Assembly (NCBI GenBank): GCA_002269645.1
Contig: NIVC01002709.1
Span: forward strand, 146,780 to 210,779
Origin: Macrostomum lignano
Lineage: Eukaryota
Reading direction: 5' to 3'
DNA: 64,000 nt
The notes beneath the pieces are model-generated. The model was given only the letters and a program-made list of their open reading frames with translations. It had not been told where the DNA came from and did not search any database. The position numbers and the translations under genes are program-made. The stretch's first letter is position 1. Every line of letters begins with the position of its first letter. Below are positions 20,081-32,291 of the stretch, one piece after another.

Positions 20081-21064
20081 CCTTCACCCTTCTTATACAA
20101 TATTTCTTATACCAGAGTTAGTTGTTTATCAAATGGGAGCAATTAACTAACGATAGCAGTTAAACCATTTACTATTGACTTGGTCTATCAACTAATTAAA
20201 TGCGCAGGCTTGTAGTCTAAAATGGTTTTATTGCTTTACACGCTCGTAGCTCACGAGAGCCGCTTTTCACAGGGCAATAAAAGCTTGTTGTTGTTGCATA
20301 CTCCTTAAAAGTGCATATATTTAGGAGGAGTTTAATATAGCACGCAGATTGGCCAGACTTCTTAGCCAATCACGCATCGGCAATTCTAGGATTGCAATCT
20401 GTGAAACTTACTCAGGCAGAATAAAACAAAACAAAACCAATTCAGACAATCTTCAAAACTCCTAAAACAAAAAAATTTTCAGCTTCAGTAATACTTTATT
20501 TTTGCAACGCTTTATTCGCATTTCTGATTAACGGAGTAATAAAACAATCAGATAAGAGTTATCAATCAGTCAGTCAATCAGTCACTGGAACACACGCAAG
20601 TCAGAGAGGCAAGCAAAGCTACTCAATCAGTGATTATCAAACGCCATTGGCAGGAGTCGGACTCCCCATCGGTTCTGCTGTGGAGCTCAAATGACAAAAT
20701 AAAAAGTTAAAACAAGGAAAAGCGAGGCGATCGACAGAAATATTCGGCGAAATGTTTCAGCCAGCAGTCCGAAAAAGGGGATCAGGCCGCAGGGAGGATG
20801 ATAAACAGTTTATAGCAGTGCAGGTGCGCTTAACCGATTGGTGCAGCTGCACCAGAGCAGTGCAGTGCCCGGTGCGAGGGTGCAAATCCTGCGGCTCTGA
20901 TCCCCTTTCCTCAGGGCAGTGCTGAACGGCCATGCAAAAAGAGCGAAAAGTACACAAACCGTCAAGTAAAAGTGCAAGCGGTAAAATAAATCTATATTTC
21001 GATACATATCGGTAGGTTGCATTCGCTGAAACTCTTGAAACTCAGTCAAGAGATAAGAGATACA

Positions 21065-21575
<511 letters not shown>

Positions 21576-22095
21576 TATTTTAGTGTTTACTAAATAACAC
21601 ATTAAACCATTTACATTTCCAGTTAAACAAAAGGTCTTCAGAACTTGGGCTCCAACAACCAAAGAGGAAATCCAAATAAATCAATATCTCAAAGCTCAAT
21701 TCCATTGCCAACACTCACAGAGAAGTGCTAGAAGAAGTGGCTCATCAGAATCAAAGACTCCGGAATGCTTGCAGTGTGTGAAGAGAGACGGATATGCATA
21801 GAAACAGCAGAGGTGCATTAATCAGTTCTGATTGTTAGTGCTGGATTTCAGTAAAAAAGAACATAAGCTAAAAACTGTACCAGTTAAAATGATGAATAAC
21901 AAGCATCGAATTTATGGCATTTTTATGTACAGGAAACCAAAATTAAATGAAATTTGGAAGTGAATCATGTTGCACATACAACAAATAATGTACTCATTTA
22001 GTATGACTGCCTGTTAAATTAGAATGGATTGCTAATCTACAATAGCATACAGTAAGACTAGCAATCCGATTATAGATAAAATTTGTGGCATAAAA

Positions 22096-23168
22096 ATCGG
22101 CATACAGCTTCAGTGAGCATTCTGTTGACTTCGCGGACACAGCGGTCGCCAGGTCATTAATATACACCAGTCAGAGGGTGGGGGCGAGAACGCTACCCTG
22201 TGTTAGGCCCTCGTGGAAGATGCGCTCCTTGCTAATGCTAATGCTAATTGCTAATGCTAATGCTAATGCTAATGCTAATGCTAATGCTAATGCTAATGCT
22301 AATGCTAATGCTAATGCTAATGCTAATGCTTGCTAATGCAGTTGTTCACGCGCACTCTGGCTCGGCGATCCGTCAGAAAAGTGCGGATCCTGCGGATGAC
22401 GTCTCTTTGGACGCCGAGTTCCCGCAGTTTCTTTTACAGTGCCGCGCGCCAGACTCTATCGTAGGCGCGGCTGAAGTCGAAAAGACAAAGAATGGACCGG
22501 AGATGCGGGGTAGACTCCAATTTGTCGAAAATTTCCTGACAGGTGCTCGCAATCAATTCCTCCGTAGAGCGGCCCTTGCCTGAGGTTTCGAGGGCATGGC
22601 GGAGACGCTGGAGGACCAGCCGCTTTGCCAGTTTGGCTATACAACTCGTGAGGGCGACTGGGCGGTAGGAGTCAGGCTTGCTGGCGTCCTTTCCCTTTTT
22701 TGGAACGGAATGATGATGGCTCATTTCCATTGCCAAGGACATTCCCCCTTCTGCCAAGAGCGGTTAGTGATGGACAGGGTCCTGTCATCCGTGGAGGGTG
22801 GGGGTGCTTTAGCATTTCATTGGTGACGCCATCCTGCCCGGGGGCCTTGCAGACTTGCGGATGGCATTACAGTGCTCCGGGTTGCTGAAGGGCGAGCAGA
22901 TACCACTTCGAGCTCCGTGCCCGTCACAGCAGTGTTCTTTAAGCACCTCGTTGGCTGGTCGGGTCACTGGGCGGTCCCTAGGGCTGGTTGCGACCCTGGA
23001 GACGGCGCTGTAGATCTGACAGAAAAGATTCGCCTTCTCTAGATCGGTACTCGCTGGTCTGCTGGGTGCGACGGGTCCCATTTGGGGGGGGGGGACTCGC
23101 TGCTCGGGTTGCTTGGGCCTTCTCCCCGCATTTGCTACTGAATGGCTAGAAGCAGCAAATGTAGGCAT
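22096..23168 (-). pseudogene. Non-LTR retrotransposon RT fragment, decayed and interrupted by (TTAGCA)n
   Basis: KKGKDASKPDSYRPVALTSCIAKL..GRSTEE..LFDFSRAYDRVW..LTDRRARVRVNNC[repeat]SKERIFHEGLTQGSVLAPTL*LVYINDL..LYAD. Copies at ~40637-41709 and ~56413-57497. Confidence 0.85.
22230..22337 (-). repeat. (TTAGCA)n hexamer repeat inside the RT fragment
   Basis: (GCTAAT)n on +; also at ~40771-40878 and ~56546-56667. Confidence 0.95.
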
Positions 23169-23269
23169 TTTTTATTGAATTTTTAAATCACTGAATCGGA
23201 AAGAGCAACTATTTGGGAAGCGGAAATCATTCACTGTTTTTGTCTTTGCTTTTATCTCTGTGTTGGCTG

Positions 23270-23625
23270 GCGGGCGAGGTGGGTGAAGGAGTGAGGTGGG
23301 TGATGGTAGTGAGGTGGGTGAAGGAGTGGGATGGGCGATGGTAGTGAGGTGGGTGATGTTAGTGAGGTGGGTGAAGGAGTGGGATGGGTGAAGGAGTGAG
23401 GTAGGTGATGGTATGAGGTTGGCGATGGAGTGGGATGGGAGAAGAAGTGAAGTGAGTGAACCAGTGAGGTGGGTGAAGGAGTGGGGTGGGTGAAGGAGTG
23501 GGTGGGTGAAGGAGTGGGGTGGGTGAAGGAGTGGGTGGGTGAAGGAGTGGGTGGGTGAAGAAGCTGGTGGGTGAAGGAGCGGGTGGGTGAAGGAGCAAGT
23601 GGGTGAAGGAGCGGGTGGGTGAGAG
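23270..23625 (+). repeat. G-rich degenerate repeat (GGTGGGTGAAGGAGTG-like)
   Basis: Read directly; also at ~41811-42165 and, shorter, ~57600-57790. Confidence 0.9.
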
Positions 23626-23744
23626 AGTATGATTAAAGTAGGCCTAATGTTACCTAGGGGATAAGGTTGATTTACTAATTTTTCGACTGCATACAAAGCA
23701 AATCAGTTTAAAGAAGATCAGCCAAAACTAGTTTTTACTAAATA

Positions 23745-24457
23745 CACAGATACATAGATACATAGATGCATAGATGCATAGGTACATAGATACATAGAAA
23801 CATAGATGCATAGATAAATATATACATAGATACCTAGATGCATAGGTACATAGGTACATAGATACATAGATACATAGGTACATAGGTACATAGGTACATA
23901 GATACATACGTACATAGGTACATAGTTACATAGATATATAGATACATAGATACATAGATACATAGGTACATAGGTACATAGGTACATAGATACATAGATA
24001 TATAGATACATAGATACATAGATACATAGATACATAGGTACATTGGTACATAGGTACATAGATAAATAGATGCATAGATACATAGATCCATAGATACATA
24101 GGTACATAGGTACATAGGTAGGTACATAGGTACATAGGTACATATGTACATAGGTACATATGTACATAGGTACATATGTACATAGGTACATAGGTACATT
24201 GGGACATAGGTACATTGGTACATAGGTACATAAATACATAGGTACATAGGTACATAGGTACATAGGTACATAGATCCATAGATACATAGATATATAGATA
24301 CATAGATACATAGATGCATAGGTACATAGGTACATTGGTACATAGGTACATAGGTACATAGATACATAGATGCATAGATACATAGATACATAGATACATA
24401 GATACATAGATACATAGGTACATAGGTACATAGGTACATAGGTACATAGGTACATAG
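23745..24457 (+). repeat. 8-bp (ATAGATAC/ATAGGTAC)n satellite
   Basis: Read directly; also at ~42286-42990 and ~57914-58640. Confidence 0.95.
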
Positions 24458-25489
24458 GTCCGACTAGATAAGTAGGTTTTTTGAGACAATAAATTTTCAA
24501 GTCTTTTCATTCTTCGCATCCAGCATCATTTTCGAAATTAATATTCGCCTCTACTACTTGTAAAAGTAGCAGGTAGCAGTTAATCATTAAGAAATTATTA
24601 ATTTTGTGTAAATAATCTTCATTTCGAAATTGCATGCCCCAGCAAGTCAACGAATAATCGATGCACATGTGACTGAATAAACAATTAAACCTGTGTTTGG
24701 ATGTGGCTTACAATGTTCAGAGTGGAAAGGTGGAAATTTTAGACGAGCATTTCATTCCAAGGATTTTTTATTTATTAATTTGTAAGAAATTCTGCTTAAC
24801 GTAATCTATTTTTAGTAACAAAGCAGCTAAAAGCAGAAAACTAGTGGGACGCCAAGGTCTGTTAAATAAAGCTACTCAAATCACTTAAAGGGTTGTTTGT
24901 GATTCCTCTTGTCACGTTTTCAGTACGTGAATTCTAGGATCTGCTTCAGGAATAACTTTTCATCCACATGGCCGGGGTGAGAGGGAATATCAGGCAATCT
25001 CCTCCTCTGGCAAGCATGCTTTTGCTATTTTAGTAGCTAAATAGCTAACCCTCAGGAAAGCCTGCTTATAGATTTATACATGCCTTAGAAGAGAAAGTAA
25101 ACTGGTTCCATTTGCTAGTGGTGCGCATAGCAACTTATTAATGTAATTATCTTAATTGAACTTAATTGATTTAATTAATATGTGTGTAAAAATACAAAAT
25201 TAAATATAAAATTTTAAACAATAGTTTTTAGCCAGGTGTATTAAATATATAAAGATAATTAACATTGGAACAATTGTATTGATAAAATGTATCAGTATGT
25301 AGCAGTGTTAAGTAATTATGAGGCGTGAAGGCAGCAGTTCCGAAGGTTTGTTTTTGTTTAGCAGTTTAGGTTTTGAGTGTAGTTAGGCTTGTTAGACTTG
25401 AGTACATATAGTGTCGGGTGGCTTTATTTAATTTCATAGAAAATTATAAATTTCGGAAATATTCGGAAAGCATGTGCTCAGCAGGAGGG

Positions 25490-28080
25490 AAACACAGAGA
25501 GGGGAGGCAGAGAGACACAGAGAGGGGAGGCAGAGAGACACAGAGAGGGGAGGCAGAGAGAAACAGAGAGGGGAGGCAGAGAGACACAGAGAGGGGAGGC
25601 AGAGAGACAGAGAGAGGGGAGGCAGAGAGACAGAGAGGGGAGGCAGAGAGACAGAGAGGGGAGGCAGAGAGAGAGAGGGGGAAACAGAGAGACAGAGAGG
25701 GGAGGCAGAGAGACACAGAGAGGGGAGGCAGAGAGACACAGAGAGGGGAGGCAGAGAGAGACAGAGAGGGGAGGCAGAAAGACACAGAGAGGGGAGGCAG
25801 AGAAAGACAGACACAGAGAGGAGAGGCAGAGAGAGAGAGAGAGAGAGAGACAGAGAGGGGAGGCAGAGAGACACAGAGAGGTGAGGCAGAGAGACACAGA
25901 GAGGAGAGGCAGAGAGAGAGAGAGACACAGAGAGGGGAGGCAGAGAGACACAGAGAGGGGAAGCAGAGAGACACACAGAGAGGGGAGGCAGAGAGACACA
26001 GAGAGGGGAGGCAGAGAGACACAGAGAGGAGAGGCAGAGAGAGAGAGAGACACAGAGAGGGGAGGCAGAGAGACACAGAGAGGAGAGGCAGAGAGAGAGA
26101 GACACAGAGAGGGGAGGCAGAGAGACACAGAGAGGGGAGGCAGAGAGACATAGAGAGGGGAGGCAGAGAGACACAGAGAGGGGAGGCAGAGAGATACAGA
26201 GAGGGGAGGCAGAGAGACACAGAGAGGGGAGGCAGAGAGACACAGAGAGGGGAGGCAGAGAGACACAGAGAGGGGAGGCAGAGAGACATAGAGAGGGGAG
26301 GCAGAGAGACATAGAGAGGGGAGGCAGAGAGACACAGAGAGGGGAGGCAGAGAGACACAGAGAGGGGAGGCAGACAGACACAGAGAGAGGCAGAGAGACA
26401 CAGAGAGGTGAGGCAGAGAGACACAGAGAGGAGAGGCAGAGAGAGAGAGAGACACAGAGAGGGGAGGCAGAGAGACACAGAGAGGGGAAGCAGAGAGACA
26501 CACAGAGAGGGGAGGCAGAGAGACACAGAGAGGGGAGGCAGAGAGACACAGAGAGGAGAGGCAGAGAGAGAGAGACACAGAGAGTGAAGAGTTGATTCGG
26601 GAGGTGATCAGTCTCTCGAAAACTCCCACTTCCAGACACTTAAGCCTGGGAACAAAATAAAGTGATCACTTACTGTTGCGGGCTCCTCTTCTGTGGAGTG
26701 CAGGTTCTCCGAGCTCGTTTCTTCTAATCTTCTTCTTCTGTGTAGTGCAGGTTCTCCGAGCTCGTTTCTTCTAATCTTCTTCTTCTCCGGAGGAATCTTC
26801 TTGAAGTCTCGAATCGGCCGAATGAGAGCGTGACGATCAAATCAGGCGACGTCGCAGTATTTCTCGAATGCAAATCAATATAGGCCTTACGCTCAGTAAT
26901 CAATATCAACGATGCGCCCTTGTAATAAAATCAACTTTCTGTAATAATCACGAGGACCTCCAAGAGGGGCGTCTTCTTCTAGATCTAACGGAATCGGAGT
27001 CGTGTGCTCCTATCGGTTAATCTAGGATAACCAAAATCAATCAATCGATAATCCTCTAAGGGTATCGGAATCGGTCCGCAGATCCTATCCAATCCCTTAG
27101 GAAAATGGGAGGCCTCAAATTCAATGAACTCAGTCCAAACGACTGGACAGTAGCGGCCGGCAATAAATCGCTCTCAAAATCAATAACAAAGGCTCGAGCA
27201 ACGGCTCACCAATTGGTTTATCTCTCTCTCTCTCAGAGATGTAGCCTCGCTTAGCTGTTCCAGCAAGCTCCAAGATCTTTAGAGGCTGCTCCGAGTCCCA
27301 AGATCTTTTGAGGCTGCTCCGAGTCTGAGATTTTTAGCTCGGATTTTGGCTTGTATTTATAGGAAAAATTCTTGAGAAACAGCTTATTTTTAGTAGGTGA
27401 CAGTTTAGCGCTTTGGAAATTTGGCCCCTATGGAATACATTAGGTTTGAGCGTCAATACCATATTCGGAGTTCTAAATTTAAGTGTTGCAAAAGATGGTC
27501 ATTTGTTGCTTTCGTGGTCTTTAAAAATAGAGTGTGACAATTTGCAGTTTTTACATCATTCAAGTTTTTCGCATTTTTATGTTACTACTTACAGTAGTCT
27601 GCTTGTAATGCCTCTGGAGATCTCTACAAGAGGGGAGGCAGAGAGACACAGAGAGGAGAGGCAGAGAGACATAGAGAGGGGAGGCAGAGAGACACAGAGA
27701 GGGGAGGCAGAGAGATGCAGAGAGGGGAGGCAGAGAGACACAGAGAGGGGAGGCAGAGAGACACAGAGAGGGGAGGCAGAGAGACACAGAGAGGGGAGGC
27801 AGAGAGACATAGAGAGGGGAGGCAGAGAGACATAGAGAGGGGAGGCAGAGAGACACAGAGAGGGGAGGCAGAGAGACACAGAGAGGGGAGGCAGACAGAC
27901 ACAGAGAGGAGAGGCAGAGAGACACAGAGAGGGGAGGCAGACAGACACAGAGAGGAGAGGCAGAGAGAGAGAGAGAGACACAGAGAGGGGAGGCAGAGAG
28001 ACACAGAGAGGAGAGGCAGAGAGAGAGAGACACAGAGAGGGGAGGCAGAGAGACACAGAGAGGGGAAGCAGAGAGGAAGA
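25490..28080 (+). repeat. 23-bp GA-rich minisatellite (AGAGAGGGGAGGCAGAGAGACAC), interrupted by a solo LTR
   Basis: Read directly; uninterrupted versions at ~44023-44940 and ~59687-60650. Confidence 0.95.
26585..27628 (-). mobile_element. Putative solo LTR (1044 bp)
   Basis: Unique sequence starting TGAAGAG and ending CTCTACA (TG..CA, 6/7 inverted match), flanked by AGAG on both sides. Minus-strand CTATAAATA at ~27354-27362; internal short direct repeats; no coding signature. Absent from the other two minisatellite copies. Confidence 0.65.
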
Positions 28081-28980
28081 CACGGTTAAATTGCCTTATA
28101 TAGAAAGTGTTGTTTACACGGAAATTTCTAGAAGGCTGGATACGATAACAGTCCCCCCACGCCGGGGTTGGAGTCCTGACGGAGTAAGGGAGAAGTATCT
28201 ACTTTACATTTACAGAGATGGACCTTGATACAATCGCCTGCTAGTACTGGGTGATACATATACTTCAGGTAGCGACATGTAGGTGTGGTGCTGTCACAAA
28301 TGTTCAGGTTACAATGCTACCAGAATTTCTATTATTGAATCAATAATTTCGGAAACAATCAGGTACTTGTGTATTTTTAGTAATCGACAAGCTATAAACT
28401 AAGGACAGAAAATCGGTCAGGAAGTCACATGTTTACCTCACATATATACACTCATGATTTGTCTGTGGCGTTTCCAACTATATATGGCATTCACCGCTGG
28501 CATGCGATGAGCCGCGCCGAAGGTAAACAAGCCGTGTTTAGCATTACTGCAGCCTTCGGCTCGCTGCCATAAATAGGTGCCAATCTTTCTAAAAAAAGGG
28601 ATCGAGTGGAATTTAAATGAGGTAAAATTATAAATGTATCGCCAACACGACAATCATTGAAATTAATTGAAATTGAAGCCCGGACCGTATTGTGTACTGC
28701 GTGAAACTATGCAAAATGCACAGAAGTGTTCTGTGTCTCCATGCGCTCGAATAGAAACAAACTTTTTATTGAAATTCAAGAGAAAAACAAGAGAAAAGCT
28801 GAGTAACTATACAAAAGATAATTGTTTAAAAACAATTCACTGCACTTTTTGCGATCCTTGATTGAGTTAAAGAATAACATATATGACAAAGCAATAACGT
28901 TTCTGTGAAACATGGCAGCAGAAAACCCAGTGTCAAAGCAAAGATAATAATAATAATTTGACTACACCTTTCTTAACGTG

Positions 28981-31215
28981 TGTAGCGAGTGAATCAAAAC
29001 GCAGTGGAATTTGTTTTGTGGAAGTGAGATAGAACGGTTGTAAACCCTTGACGGGCTCTAACTTCGGCTTTATTCGATTTTAGAGACAGTAACGAGAACA
29101 GCTTAAGAATATCGTCTAGGGCCAAAAGGGACTCGCTGCTAGCTGATTAATGCTTCTCACTGCTACAAGATACTCCCCCTCCTAGATGAAGTACATCACT
29201 ATGCATTATCTAATCGGAGACAAAAAGTTCGAACAGCGCAGGGGAACGAGTAGGTAAGCAATGCAGATGTCATAGGTTGATCAGTTTATGAACACTGTTC
29301 AGGTATTGCTAGGTGGACTGTCCTTCTGGAAAACTTGCACGGAGGTCTCGCTCTTGAATCGCACGCGATTTGCGCTGCGCGACCTTGTGTTAGAGGCGGG
29401 AGCGTCGCTTGGCGGGGCCGGTGTAGCTGCTGGCTGCTCTAGTTGGGCTATTGGTAGGGTGGCGGGCTTGACACGATCGATCGACACTACGGTAGGCTTG
29501 CCGTTGATCTTGAGTGTCATTGTGGTGTCGTGCCTGTCCAGTACGGCGTACGGGCCTTGGTAAGGAGCCTCCAGGGGTCGTCGCACCCGGTCCAACCGCA
29601 ACCAGACGTGTGTGCACGAACTCAGCGCGGCTGGCAGATGCACGGCTATCTCGCGCGTTCTCAGCTGCCGGTATGGGAAGAAAAGCTGATGTAGGCTAGT
29701 CGAGAGCTCCTTGAGCGCAGAAGTGTCGATGACGACTGGTGGGACCAGCGGTTGCTCACCCGTAACAACGGAGAACGACGGGCAGCTGCTGCAGCCAGTT
29801 CTTGCCGCGCGCCTTCAAACCGAGCTTCAGCGTCCGGTGTGCACGTTCGATGACACCGTTTGCTCTCGGATTATAGGCTGAAGTGCGGATGTGGTGGATG
29901 CCGAGTAGGTCCGTCAAGTTTCTTATGAGCTCCGCTCGGAATTGGGATCCCTGGTCACTGATCAGCGTCAAAGGTGGGCCTTTGCGTCAAAGGCGTCAAA
30001 GGTGGGCATCCGCAGGTATTCGAACGAGCCGAACGGGGTACAAATCGCCGTCTTCTCGATGTCCTCATCTGCCATCGGAACGAAGTGATAGGCCTTGACG
30101 AGGTCAAGAGTGCTGAAAACTTTCGCACCGTGCAGCTGATGATGGAAATGGTTGATATTAGGGATAGGGTAGCGGTCTGGCTTGGTTGCCGCGTTTAAGG
30201 CTCGATAGTCTCCGCAAGGTCTCCAGGAGCCGTCCTTTTTCTTCACCATGTGAAGCGGGGAGGCCGACAGACTGGCGGAGGGGCGGACGATGCCAAGGCG
30301 CAGTGAGCTTGTCGAACTCCGCTTTTGCAACCGCGAACTTGGCAGGGGCAAGCGGTCGCGGTCGACAAAAAATGCGCTCGCCAGTGGTCTCAAAACGATG
30401 CCGAACCGACGTGGCGGGTGCTGCGGTGTAGTCCGGAGCTTCCAGAACTCGAGGGAACCGAGCAAGCGGTGTGGTGGGCTCAAGCAGCGTGTTGGCGTTG
30501 ATTTGAGGGACTGAATCACTAGAAGAACAGAGAGTCGCACGCAAAGATGTCACAGGGTCTTGAATGCGCCGTGAATTCAGGTCAATTAGGAGACCGAGCT
30601 TGAGGAAGAAATCTGCACCGAGGATTGGCGCAGTACTAGTAACAATGAACGTCGCAAGGGTATAGTCTAGGTTCGGATTTTGCCGCCTTCGACGCCACAA
30701 AGCTTGACATAAGTGGGTACGAGTAGATTTTGAGGAACAAACTGCAAAGGAAGGAGCGACCGTTCGGCGCCGGTGTCAACGATGAACGAAACGGGCGCAC
30801 GGAGAACTTGGCAACGAAGCAGCAACGTGGTGGCCTTTGACGGGTCGCGGCTCGGCCGAGGCACATGACCGACTATTTTGACGCCTGGCTTGGCGTCGGG
30901 CTGGACGCCCGGGACTGAACCGGAGTGGGCTGACGGCTGGCCAGCAGTGTCGGCGGTTTCGAGCCTGGCCACTGGCACCATGGTCGACAGGTGCGAGCAT
31001 CGGCAGCGTAGTAGAGATGACCGTTGCAGATCTTGGGTCGTCGGCGTGAGTTCCGGTTGGAGCACGAGTCGTCGGGCTTCCTGTTACGAAAAGAACCAGC
31101 GTTGCCTCTCAGGTGCTCTTGGCCGGTGGCCGAGGTGCGGTTTACAGAGGCGAACGGGGTGGCGCAACCGGCGACAGCCAGCATGCTGTCGGCGATCTTT
31201 GCAAACCACTTTGCA
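28981..31215 (-). mobile_element. Internally deleted Ty3/Gypsy element of CsRn1 type (gag end, protease, RT start, integrase end, PPT, 3' LTR)
   Basis: Gag CHCC motif C-NG-H-x9-C-RPW-C; protease IVDTGAERS; [35 protein letters not shown]; integrase ISDQGSQF..YNPRANGVIER..LEAPYQGPY; PPT at 29173-29183; LTR TGTAGC..GCTACA at 28981-29167. The 5' part is replaced by a SINE junction. Confidence 0.9.
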
Positions 31216-31219
31216 GACC

Positions 31220-31400
31220 ACCGCCACACACCCTCAATTACCCCAGCTAATGCTGGCACCCATTTTACAGCTTGGTGAACTGAAGCAATGCAGAGTTGAA
31301 TTGAGTGTCTTCCTCAAGGACAGAATTGTTCCGAATGGGACGAGAATCGAACCTCTGATCTTTCAGTCGTGAATCCGACGCTCTAACCACTATAACCCAC
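31220..31400 (-). mobile_element. tRNA-derived SINE, 3'-truncated at the Gypsy junction
   Basis: Same family as 13200-13478 (..TTAGAGCGTCGGATTCACGAC..GGTTCGATTC..); copy at ~48080-48260. Confidence 0.8.
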
Positions 31401-31404
31401 TATA

Positions 31405-32000
31405 AATTAATGAATAATTAATAAATTTTAACATTCCAAAAGTCTGAATATTAAACAAATTTTAACATTTCAAGTCAGAATAATTAACAAATTTTAACAT
31501 TTCAACTCTGAATAATTAACAAATTTTAACATTTAAAGTCTAAATAATTAATAAATTTTAACATTCCAAAAGTCTGAATAATTAACAAATTTTAACATTT
31601 AAAGTCTGAATAATTAACAAATTTTAACATTTCAAGTCTAAATAATTAATAAATTTTAACATTCCAAAAGTCTGAATAATTAACAAATTTTAACATTTAA
31701 AGTCTGAATAATTAACAAATTTAAACATTTCAAGTCTGAATAATTAACAGATTTTAACATTTAAAGTCTAAATAATTAATAAATTTTAACATTCAAAAAG
31801 TCTGAATAATTAACAAATTTTAACATTTAAAGTCTGAATAATTAACAAATTTAAACATTTCAAGTCTGAATAATTAACAGATTTTAACATTTAAAGTCTA
31901 AATAATTAATAAATTTTAACATTCAAAAAGTCTGAATAATTAACAAATTTTAACATTTCAGGTCTGAATAATTAACAAATTTTAACATTTCAAGTCTGAA
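31405..32000 (+). repeat. AT-rich 32-bp satellite with a 98-bp (32+32+34) higher-order pattern
   Basis: Unit AAGTCTGAATAATTAACAAATTTTAACATTT(C/A); AGTCT starts at 31571, 31603, 31635 and 31669. Copy at ~48265-48860; not present downstream of gene copy A. Confidence 0.9.
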
Positions 32001-32291
32001 TACGAGCGTACTTAACAACATCTTGTACCTTTAACAGAGACCTCTTCGCAAAATGAGAAACAGATCCATGTAAATATCAGCTTCTCCTCCTGCAACACGG
32101 CAACGAGTGAAATTTTCAAGTATGAGCTGAATATTAAAAAAATTATCAAAAATTACAAGCCATATTGATTTGCTGAGCGCGTTAAATGAATCTGGATAAG
32201 ACAAGAACGAGAATTCATCTGTTAGTTAGTGTCAAATATCAGTACGGGAAAAGCTCACAAAAAACTGCATCGCAAGCCATACACCGCCTCC

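Noticed and set aside
22230-22337. Interstitial telomere or chromosome fusion site
   Set aside because: The repeat is TTAGCA rather than a canonical telomere unit, and the same RT frame continues on both sides.
23718-24519. 200-260 aa MYLCTYVP-type ORFs (also 42.2-43.0 kb and 57.9-58.6 kb)
   Set aside because: Translations of the 8-bp satellite; the lengths vary freely between units.
25418-26639. 300-400 aa [10 protein letters not shown] / CLSASPL ORFs on both strands (also 44 kb and 59.6-60.6 kb)
   Set aside because: Translations of the 23-bp GA minisatellite, open in nearly all frames; no coding evidence.
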